Below are positions 40,501 to 53,079 of a stretch of 64,000 nucleotides of DNA, one piece after another. The stretch lies in NCBI GenBank assembly GCA_964016885.1, contig OZ024762.1, positions 3,596,001 to 3,660,000 on the forward strand, given 5' to 3'. Made by a program: the position numbers and the translations under genes. A model generated the notes under the pieces. That model was given only the letters and a program-made list of their open reading frames with translations. It had not been told where the DNA came from and made no database searches. This DNA is from Eledone cirrhosa. Its lineage: Eukaryota. Each line of letters starts with the position of its first letter. The first letter of the stretch is position 1.

Positions 40501-42967
40501 AGGAGCACTGAGTGCAATGTCAACTCTGGATGTCGGAGAGCATGTCCAGCTACCCTCAGTCTCGAATAATAACTACTAGGCACTGCATATGTATTACGGA
40601 GAGTATTCTAAATACAATAGAAACAACACTAAAACCTTCACTGCACTCAGAGCATCACCATTATCATCATTTAACATTTGCTTCCCCTGCTAGCAAGGAT
40701 GGACATAAATTTGAAGGAGCAGGGAGAGGCACAGTCAATTAAACTAACCCCAGTATTTGACTGGTACTATATTTTGTTAATCCCCAGTATTTTACTGGCA
40801 CTATATTTTACTAACACCCAATATATGAGTGGTACTATATTTTACTAACCCCCAGTATTTGACTGGTACTATATTTTGTTAATCCCCAGTATTTTACTGG
40901 CACTATATTTTACTAACACCCAATATATGAGTGGTACTATATTTTACTAACCCCCAGTATTTGACTGGTACTATATTTTGTTAATCCCCAGTATTTTACT
41001 GGCACTATATTTTACTAACACCCAATATATGAGTGGTACTATATTTTACTAACCCCCAGTATTTGACTGGTACTATATTTTATTAACCCCCAGTATTTGA
41101 CTGGTATTTCATTTCATCAACCCCACAACAATGAAGTGAGCAAAGTCGAACTTGACAGGGGTTTGAACTCAGAAATAAAAGATCCACAAAAAATTCTCTC
41201 CAATACCCTCTTGATTCTGCTAACCCCCCCCCCCCCCCTCTCCCTACTGCTACTGCTGCCCAATAATTGTTTCTACGTTTGGCACAAGGCCAGCAATTAC
41301 CCCAGTGCATTACTGGTACTTTATTTTATCGACCCCGTAACGATGAAAGGCAAAGTTAACCTGGGGGGGGGGGGGGGGGGACTCAGAATGGCAAGGGACG
41401 TAACTCTTAATAATGGTAATAATTTCTGACATAGGCACAAGGCCAGCAATTTAAGAGAATAGTTTTGGTGATTAACCTTTAGGACGCTGAATTCTTTTAT
41501 GAATTGCTTCCCTTGATACTGTATTATGTATTAAGGGGGATTACTCAATTGTCGAAATTTTTCACCGACAGCGTGCTAAAAGTTGAATCAACTCCAGCAC
41601 TTGACTAGTTCTTTATTTTATTTACCCTATAAAGATAAAAGGCAAAGTTGAGCTGGTTTTTGTCGGAAGCTAAGAACTCAGATAATAAAAAAATTGAATA
41701 GAAGACAAATAAGGAAAATAATAAGAATTCGGTACAGGGATTAACCATTCTGGCACCAAACTGAAACTACCCTTGGTTCTATGACACAAAATTGCTTCTT
41801 TTAACGTGTTCATATCTAAATTTAAACCTTCTATAATTTTATGTAAGAACCTTTGTTATGTTATCTTTCAAATACCAGCTTAACCCTTTAGTATTTACAT
41901 TACTCTATATATACTATTATATTTTCATGGTAAATGCTTTATCTCGCATAATTATCTCACATAACATCAAATCTATGAAATTTTGATATTATTTATTTTG
42001 AGAACAATATCTTAAAATCAGTATAAGTGGCCAGTTACAGCTGGTTTGAACAGAAAGAAGTGAGAAAATACTGGCCGGTTTCTCCGGTTTGAACATTAAA
42101 GGGTTAAATGTTAAAGGGTTAACAGTGAAACTAGGATAAACTCTTGTCTAATCTGACTGTATAAATAACATATAATATATAAAAAAAAGCTATTTTGTGA
42201 AATCTTTTTAGATTCTTCGTTATTATCAAAACCATAGACAGTGTATTTCATTGGAGATATGGTAACGAAAGGGTTAATGACATAGACAGTGTATTGCATT
42301 GGAGATATGGTAACGAAAGGGTTAAAATTTGGTGATAGATGTTAGTGTTTGTAAATTAGTAGACTGTTAGAAGTGGGGAAAGGAGGATTGTAAATCACTA
42401 AAATAAAAAATAGAGAAAAACATAGATTTCACATAATAATAAATATAATGGATTTTAAAAAAATAATGTAAATTCCAAAACCAGCTCAAAAAGGGAGACA
42501 TTTTTCTCAAAATAAAATAAAATAAATGAAATAATGTTTTCTAATTTAGGCACAAGGTCGGCAATTTGAAGGGGAGGGGAACAGTCATTTACACCCCACC
42601 CACCCCAGTACTTTACTGGTACTTCATTGGCTCCAGGAAACATTGACTATGGACTACAGCCAAATTTGAACTGAGAACTGCAAAGCTTTTCATATGATAC
42701 CCTAATAGGCAATGGTCGATAAAAATGAAGTACCAGTCATTTACTGGGAGAAGGGCATTTGACTGCTCCAACGAAGTACCAGTCATTTACTAGGGGGTTT
42801 CACTGTTCCAGTGAAGTACCAGTCATTTACTAGGGGAGTTGGGGTTTGACTGCTCCAACGAAGTACTAGTCATTTACTGGGGGGGGGGGAATTCACTGTT
42901 CCAATGAAATACCAGTCATTTACTAGGGGTGGGTTTGACTGTTCCCCTCCCCATAAAAAAATAGTAA

Positions 42968-43002
<35 letters not shown>

Positions 43003-46000
43003 ATAGGAGTAGTAGTAATAAAATAAACTAGACTAAATAAAAAAAAATATAAAAAAAAAAAGAATAGAAAAGATGAGTAGAGTTGAAATGTCTTCTTACT
43101 GGCTGACTTAATGAATTATCAACATCTGTATTTGACTGCAATTAAAAAAAAACAATAATTTTTTTGCTGGAAAAAAAAAAGTGTAGATAACAATGGATTT
43201 TTCTTGGTGCCTGCGCCTGTTTTTTTTTTTGTTGTTTTGTTTCTTAACCTTCAGCACGCTAGAAGTTTTTTATGAATTACTTCCCTCGGTACTGTATTAT
43301 GTCTCAAGGGGAGATTACTCTATTGGCGACATACTGCACCTGGAGCATCCAGAAGGTTAAATTAGCTTATATATATATATCATCATCATCATCATCGTTT
43401 AACGTCCATCTTCCACGCTAGCATGGGTTAGATGGGAATTGTCCCACTTGAGGCATATATATATATATATATATAGGAAAATGTTAGACCCGGCAGAGCT
43501 CAAGCCGTTTCAATTCCAGAAATAGCCATCGAGATGGCTTGAGCTCTGCCGTCGGGGTCTAACATTTTCCTATTACTCACTCTACTACCCCAAGTATTGA
43601 GTACTCTGGTGCGTTATGGTCCATCTGGTTCCTTACCACACCTCCTTCGTTATATATATATATATATGAGCAAGACACTTTATTTCACGTTGCTCCTTCT
43701 GGAGTTGCGACCGATAGATAGTACTAACAACTGAAAAGACCGACAAAAACATTGTTCCTCGGTCCGATTTGATGATAATCGATCGATATATATATATACA
43801 AGTACATATGTGACAGCAGTAGCTACATCACACCCCTGTGTGTGTTTATAATATTTCGACATCACTCTTGGACCTGTACATAACTCATGTTACTTTACAT
43901 AAATAAATACTGTTTCTAACTTCACTTGTGGTTGTATTTAACCCTTTTCATAACAAAGCACCTGATCCCAGCTATGGTTTTACTTCATTGGCCCCAGGAA
44001 ACGTTGACTACAGGCTACGGCCAGATTTGAACTAAGAACAAATAAAGAGGAGCCAGAACAAATACTGCAAAGCATTTCATGAGATACTCTAAAATTATTT
44101 ATTTTAAAGTGTTTATTTCAGAAAATTGTAGGAAGAATCTAAAACACAGAAATAGCTATAAAACAAACAGCTGCTATGATGATCATAGCAAAGAGTTGGG
44201 TTACATTTACATCCACCACGTGTTTATATTTATCTAAAAGCCTTCCATCATAATTTTATATAAGAACCTTTGTTATCTTACAAACACTGTTTACTTTAAA
44301 GTGTTTATATTTATTTAAAAGCCTTCCATCATAATTTTATATAAGAACCTTTGTTATCTTACAAACACTGTTTACTTTAAAGTGTTTATATAAACCTAAA
44401 AGCTTTCCATCATAATCTTAAGTAAGAACCTTTGTTATGTTATGTTCCAAACCCCAACTAAATAACAAGAAAGATATTATTACTAAATCCCTAAAATTCT
44501 CGATTATTTTGAAAATGATTTCCAAATCATAAACAGTGTTTTTCATAAGAATGGGTTAAATCAAAAATAATTGTTTCAAATTTAGGCACAACACCAATAA
44601 TTTGGAAGCAGGTGAAAGTCGATTAAATCAACCCCAGTGTGCTACTGGTACTTTATTTTATTGACCCTATAGGGATGAAAAGCAAAGCTAACTTCAGCGA
44701 GATTTGAACTCAGAACATAAAGCAGCATAATAAGTGCTGAAATAAATCAAACATATTAACCCTTTACCATTTACATTACTCTATATATACTATTATATTT
44801 TCATGGTAAAGGCTTTACCTCACATAATTATTTCACATAATATTGAATCTAAGAGATTTTGATATTATTTATTTTGAGAACAATACCTTAACGTTGGTAT
44901 GAGTGGTCAGTTACGGCCGGTTTGAACAGAAAAAGTTCTGAGAATTCTGGCCAGATACGGCCGATTTAACCCTTTAGCATTTACATTACTCTATATTTAT
45001 TATTATATTTTCATGGTAAACACTTTATCTCACATAATATCGAATACGGCAGTATCGGTAGAGGGTCAGACGCCATGCTTTGACGCATAGAGTTACGGCC
45101 CTTTCCATTCTGAGTTCAAATCCCGCCGAGGTTAACTTTGCTTTTCATCCTTACGGGGTCGATAAAATAAAGTACCAGTAATGCACTGTTTAATTGCTGG
45201 CCTTGTGCCAAAAGTAGAAACAATTATTTATTTTGAGAACAATACCTTAATGTCAGTATGAGTGGCCGGCTGCGGCCAATTTAAACAGAAAGAGGTGAGA
45301 GAATTCTGGCCGGATGCAGCTGGTTTAAATGCTAAAGGGTTAACTTGCTAGTCCTAACTAAGTGATAATATATGTAACATTGACATTTCAGGCAGCCAAT
45401 AGAGAATTGTGAATAAGTTTTGTACATTAGAATGTATAAATTTATGAGACAGAGTATCTTTGTTGGCAGAATTTTGTGGAGGCCAATGGCCTAGTGGTAA
45501 GTGTTTGACTTACTATCACAATGTCCTGAGTTCAATTCCTAGACTCGGTTGTAAGTTGTGTTGATGAGCAAAACACTTCATTTCACGTTGTATACTCCAG
45601 TATACTCAGCTGAAAATGAGTATCAAAAAGACAACACCCTGCTTGAGGAATAGAACACACGACTTTATATACCGTATATACTCGTATATAAGCTATCACT
45701 ACCCCATTTCATGTCTGAGAAATGGGCAAAAACCCAAACCCCGTTTATAAACTGAGGCAGCTAATCAACCCATTGTTTAGATGACATATATACACCAACC
45801 TTCCACTTCTACCATCAGTATTTTGGTCATATATTTCTCAGCTTATATTCGAGTATATACAGTAAGTCCAACACCCTGACCACAAGGCCACCTGCCTTCA
45901 CCCTTCATGTATATTTATTTATAGATCTGATATTCATACAGACTGAGTAGGAACATTAATAGGACAGTCTACATTCTACAGTGTGTGCATGTGCGCTGCA

Positions 46001-49000
46001 AATTTCAAGCCAAGAGCAAGGTTTGGTAGGTAAGTTGCATGCAGTTTTTTTGCACCAGATATCTATGTGATATATCTATGAGTATATGCTGTGAATGTCA
46101 GAGAAAATATGGCAATGCCGTAACCATTTACCACTTACATTACTCTATATATACTATTGTATTTTTGTGGTAAAGGCTTTATCTTACATAATTGTCTCGC
46201 ATAATATCGATTCGCGAGATTTTGATATTATTTATTTTCAGAACAATACCTTAATGCTGGTATGAGCGGCCAGTTATGGCCAGTTTGAACAGAAAGATGT
46301 GAAAGAATTCTGGCTGTATCCAGCCAGTTTAAATGCTAAAGGGTTAGTGCAGTGTTTCCCAAAGTGGGTTCTCAGGAAGTCAAGAATTTTACCAAAACAT
46401 TCCGGAGGTCCATGATATATGCTTTTTAATAGAAGTTAGTAAAAATGTGTTTGTTTTTTATATGAATAAATTTCCTTTCTAAAATATATTTGTATTATTT
46501 AACCTTTCTGATACCAAACTGCCTGAAACTACACCTGGTTCTACAATACACAACTGTAATAGAAATAAAAGCTTCACTGTAATATTTTGATTAAGTAATA
46601 TAGTCTAATAATGGGGCATATAAAACCACCTAACAGAAAAAGATCGTTATCAATACAGAATATTATGGTGAAACTTCTATTTTTATTTCAATTACAAACT
46701 TTGGTCACCGCATTCCAAAGATTGGTTTACAAAACTGTTTGTTTGAAAATGTTTATATTTATCTAAAAACCTTCCATCATAATTTTATGTAAGTGTCTTT
46801 GTTAAGTTATGTTCCAAAACACCAGTTTAATAATGAGAAAGTTAATTATAATATTAAACCCCTCCAAACTCTTGATTATTATTTTTTTTTTTTCATTAGA
46901 AATATAGTAATGAAATGGTTAAAGCGTTTATATTTATCTAAAAACAACCATCATAATATTATGTAAGAACCTTTGTTAAATTAATTCTATTACTAAATAC
47001 CTCCAAATTCTTGATTATTTTCAAAATTATTTGACAATCATAGGCAGTGTTTTTCATTGGAAATATAGTAACAAAAGGGTTAAACATAGGCAGTGTCTTT
47101 CATTAGAATTATAGTAACAAAAGGGTTAAACATAGGCAGTGTTTTTCATTAGAAATATGATAATAAAAGGGTTAAACATAGGTAGTGTGTTTCATTAGAA
47201 ATATGGTAATGAAAGGGTTAAACATAGGCAGTGTCTTTCATTAGAAATATGTTAATGAAAGGGTTAAACATAGGCAGTGTCTTTCATTAGAAATATGGTA
47301 ATGAAAAGGTTAAACATAGGCAGTGTCTTTCATTGGAAATATGGTAATGAAAGGGTTAAACATAGGTAGTGTCTTTCATTAGAAATATGGTAATGAAAGG
47401 GTTAAACATTGACAGAGTCTTTCATTAGAATGAAAAGGTTAATGTCTTATTAAAATTAGGGTGACAACAATCGTCAATAAAATATAGATATGGATTCTAT
47501 GAATTTAAAAAAAAAATTATTTAAGTGTTACAAGAAAAAATGTCTGAGAACCACTGCTTCAATGTATTCTGCACTGAATATAAAGTTATTTGATCATAAT
47601 GATGATGATGATTAGCTACAGATCAACCCTAATTAAGCATGTCTGTGATCAAATGTTCCAGTTGTGACCATCCCACCATACATTAATGAAATCTGCATTG
47701 AATTTAACCCTTTAATGTTCAAACCGTCCAGAATTCTATACCCTTTTCTGTTGAAACTGGCTGTAACTGGTCACTCATACTAATGTTAAGGTATTGTTCT
47801 CAAAATAAATACTTTCAAAATCTCATAGATTCGATATTATGTGAGATAATTATGTGAGGTAAAGCCTTTACCATGAAAATATAATAGTATATATAGAGTA
47901 ATGTGATTGCTAAAGGGTTAAAGTTATTTGATGATGATGATATTTAGCCACAGGTCAACCTTAACTACGTGGATCTATGATCAAATATGTTCCAGTTGTG
48001 ACCATCCCACCATAAAAAAATCCTAAAGTCTGTCTCTAGCCTGGAAATTCATCAAGCCAGTGCTTATCCTGGTTTCTGTGGGATGAAGCGACTGAGAATA
48101 CAAGACCCCCCCACACACACATCCAGACATGACACCAGTCCATCACAGGGTTAAACCCCCAGCTATTGCTGGTAATCATCTTCAGTTGAGTATACTGGAG
48201 CAACATGAAATGAAGTGTTTTGCTCAAGAACACAACACAGAACACAGTCCAGGAACTGAACACATGGCATCATGATGGTAAGTCCTACGACCATACCAAC
48301 ATACTTTAACACTTTACCATTTACATTACTCTATATTTACTATTGTATTTTCACAGTAAAGACTTTACCTTACATACCATTTACATTACTCTATATTTAC
48401 TATTGTATTTTCACAGTAAAGACTTTACCTTACATACCATTTACATTACTCTATATTTACTATTGTATTTTCACAGTAAAGACTTTACCTTACATACCAT
48501 TTACATTACTCTATATTTACTATTGTATTTTCACAGTAAAGACTTTACCTTACATAATTATCTCACATAATATCAAATCTATGAGATTTTGATATTATTT
48601 ATTTTGGGAACAATACCTTAACATCGTTATGAGCGGCCAGTTACAACCAGTTCGAACAGAAAGAGGTGAGAGAATTCTGGCCGGATGTGGCCGGTTTAAA
48701 TGCCGAAGGGTTAACAATACATCCCTCCCTCCCCACTGTCTCAGTTGTCCTGATAAGAATCATAGGAAGTGCCCTTCTCTCTGTCACTAACACTGTAATA
48801 CAAATAAAAACCCTATAAATGTTGCATGAGGTGACTAAAAGGGTCGAGGACATGAAGAAAACCTTGCCATAAAAGAAGAAACTGCCTCCAAAGGTGGTAT
48901 AATTGATCAGTTGATTATCTTAGCACCTGACCCCCCACCTGACACTTGTATAGCCTTTAGCAGAGTCCACTCTGTTTCAACCATTCAGTTCAACTAAGCC

Positions 49001-52000
49001 TGAGGTTTGAGGCTTCATCCATCACATCGTCCCTCCCTCCTTCCCTTCTGCCTCATGTTCTGAGAAGAGTCATATGAACTGTCCTTCCCACACTCACTAA
49101 AACAATAAGAAATATTTGAATGTTGCACAAGGTGACTTAAAGGGCTGAGAAGCGCCCTGTCCACACGACAAAAAGTGCCCAGCCCACTCTGTAAAGTGAT
49201 CATGTAGGTGTCACGACATAATGCACCCAGTCCACACTGTAAAGTTGTTGTGTTAGTATCACAACAAAAAGCACCCATCCCACTCTATAAAGTGGTAGTG
49301 TAGATGTCTCGACAAAAAGCAGCCAACACACACTGAAGGGCATCCAGCCATAGAAGCTAAGCCAGAAACAATTATATATGAGCAAGACCCAACTTGCCTT
49401 AAATGGGACAACTTGTCTAACCCGTTTTAATGGGGAAATAGACATTAAACAATGATAATAATTGTTTCTACTTTAGGCACAAGGCCAGCAATTACCCAGT
49501 GCATTACTGGTACTTTATTAAACAATGATAATAATGATGATGATTTCAATATCACTGTTTGATGTCAGCAGGAGTGAAACTGGTGAATATATAGTAAACA
49601 TATATCAGAGAAGCCCCACATTTCAAGAGGCTTAGCGTTTGACTTTCTTTTTTTTTTGTTCACCTCAACCACTGCAATAAAGCCACTAAAATGTAAGGGG
49701 TTACTGAGAAAGATGAAGGACATAACAGAGAGAACATAATTCAAGGATAGAGGAGATGGTCATTGATGTTGCTTTTGAATATATATATATATATATACAT
49801 ATATACATACAATGTACCACTGGCATTCGCGGTCCAAGTTATTCGCGGAATTTTCCTTAGACCCTAACTAATTCTTTGTGGCAACCACCCCATATTCACG
49901 GAATTGTAAATATCTTCCAAGATTTTTTAAATGGCTTTTTTCATGGCAATAAATATTTTTAACACTAAATTATTAACAACAATATCCTGCATTTGCCGGC
50001 CTATTGGACACCCCTTCACATAAGTCGTTCCCTCTTTTTTTATTATGTTTTACATTATATTTTGACTCTGTATGGGTGGTTGGCGACAGGAAAGGTGCCT
50101 TGCTGTAGAAACCATGCTTAACCCTTTAGCATTTACATTACTCCATATTTACTATTGTATTTTTGCAGTAAAGGCTTTACCTCACATAATATCTAATCTA
50201 TAAGATTTTGATATTATTTATTTTGAGAACAATACCTTAACATCAGTATGATTGGCCAGTTATGGCCGGTTTGAACAGAAAGAGGTGAGAGAATTCTGGC
50301 TGGATATAACCGGTTTAAATACTAAAGAGTTAAAAAAGGTTTAAAGGACCCTTCAGTGGCATCCAAGATACAGTAACCCCTCTAATGTTGGTGATCTACA
50401 CAATAAAAGTACCCAGTACATGCTGTAAAGTGGTTGGTATTAGGAAGGGCATATAGCCAGAGAAAGCTTGCCAAACAAAGGGTTGGGAGGATCCTGCAGT
50501 TTGTGTCAAAAGACACAACTTCTCCTCTGAACAAGATAATGATCGTATGTGAGATACAGACCTTGTTGGTCTGTGTGGGACACAAGTGGCCCAGCTTCAG
50601 TACTGACTTGGTCTATGTAGACCTGTCCAATTCTTACAAAGCAGATGTTAAATGATGGTGATGATATATATATTACTCAACCCAAGCAAGGCATTAGAGC
50701 CACTGAAATGCAAGGAGTCACTGAGAAGGAAGAAGGACACAAGTCAAAAAAACATAATTCAAGGGGAGAGAAGATGACGATGTTGCTTTAAAATTTTTAC
50801 AAATTGTAGGGGTCAGGAAACTAAGAAGCTGGAAGAGAGTTCCATAGGTGAAATGTGAGAGGGATATAGGAGAGAAGAGAGTTCCATAGGTGAAATGTGA
50901 GAGGGATATACTAGAGAAGAGAGTTTCATAGGTGAGATGTGAGAGGGATACACTAGAGAAGAGAATTCCATAGGTGAGATGTGAGAGGGATATATGAGAG
51001 GAGAGTTCCATAGGTGAGATGTGAGAGGGATACACTAGAGAAGAGAATTCCATAGGTGAGATGTGAGAGGGATATATGAGAGGAGAGTTCCATAGGTGAG
51101 ATGTGAGAGGGATATACTAGAGAAGAGAATTCCATAGGTGAGATGTGAGAGGGATATATGAGAGAGGGTTCCATAGGTGAGATGTGAGAGGGATATATGA
51201 GAGAAGAGAGTTCCATAGGTGAGATGTGAGAGGGATATATGAGAGAAGAGAGTTCCATAGGTGAGATGTGAGAGGGAAGTAACTATCAGAATATAATTTG
51301 TGATTACATTTAGGAAATTCAGGACAAGAGACCCAGGGGTAAACGCCGAGCAACATGGTTGAATAACATACAACATACATGAGCTTGGCTGGTCTCACTT
51401 GAAGATACAGCCAGATCAGTTGGAGATGGTTGCTTCTGACAGGACCCGCTGGAAGGAGTGTTTGAGGACTCTGCCCCCTCCACGACCCTCTCAGAAATAA
51501 GTGGAAGAAGAAGAAAAGAAGAAGCTGTAGGGGAGGGGGAGAGAGCAGAATAAACCTTAATACTGGTACTTTATCGACCCCCCCCCCCCCCCAACCACAC
51601 AAAAAAAAAAAGATGGAAGGCATAGTAGGGTTTGAACTCACAGCACACAGAACCAAAATAATTACTGCAAAGCATTCCATCTGTCAAACTAACAACTTTG
51701 TCAATGTTCCACCTGAAGTGGACATTGGAGATGATACATAACTAAACATATTGTTAAGACATAGATATAAACTGTACAATAAACATAGATATAAACTGTG
51801 TAGTGAACATGTTTAAACAGATATAAACTGTGTGGTGAACATGATTAAACAGATATAAACTGTGTGGTGAACATGATTAAACAGATATAAACTGTGTGGT
51901 GAACATAAATATAAACTGTGTGATGAACATGTTTAAACAGATATAAACTGTGTGGTGAACACGATTAAACAGATATAAACTGTACAGTGAACATAAATAT

Positions 52001-53036
52001 AAACTGTGTGATGAACATGTTTAAACAGATATAAACTATATAGTGAACATAGACATAAACTGTGTAGTGAAGATATTTAAACAGATATAAACTGTACAGT
52101 GAACATATTTAAATATTGATATAAACTGTATAGTGAACATATTAAGACATAGATAGAAGTTGTATGGTGAACATATCGTTATATATAAGCTGTATGGTGA
52201 ACATATCGTTATATATAAGTTGTATGGTGAACATATCGTTATATATAAGCTGTATGGTGAACATATCGTTATATATAAGTTGTATGGTGAACATATCGTT
52301 ATATATAAGTTGTATGGTGAACATATCGTTATATATAAGTTGTATGGTGAACATATCGTTATATATAAGCTGTATGGTGAACATATCGTTATATATAAGC
52401 TGTATGGTGAACATATCGTTATATATAAGCTGTATGGTGAACATATTGTTTAAATATATATAAGCTGTAAAGCGAACATATGGTTTAAACATACCTGTTG
52501 GTTTAACATATGGTTTAAACATACCTGTTGGTTTAACGAATGAATGGTATCTTCATTGATGTCATTACTAGCCACAATTGTAAATTTGCCAAACACTGGT
52601 ATATTAAACCTGGAAAACAATAAGATATTTATAATAGCTGACCAACAGCAACTTAACCCTAACATCCTGGTATATTAACCCTTTAGCATTTAAACTGGCG
52701 GCCATATCTGGCAAGAATTCTCTCACCTCTTTCTGTTCAAACCAGCTGTAACTGACCACTCATACTGTTTGAACAAAAAGAGGTGCGAGAATTCTGGCTG
52801 GATATGGCCAGTTTAAATGTTAAAGGGCTAATCTCTTGTTACCTGTTGTCAATTTAACATTACCTGTTGTTATTAATTTATTACCTGTTGTCATTAACTG
52901 TTTCTAATTGTCACCTGTTGTTATTAATCTACTAGCCCACCTGTGACTTGTTGAGTCATGTTCACTTAAAAATAATTTTTAAATAATTAAAATATACACA
53001 GACATGTATATAATGTAAAATGAAATTGGAAGGCCC

Positions 53037-53079
<43 letters not shown>

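Noticed and set aside
43725-43780. ctgaaaa-gaccga...tcggtc-cgat as another hammerhead
   Set aside because: Both core strands deviate (CUGAAAA, no GAAA); only a 6-bp hairpin remains.
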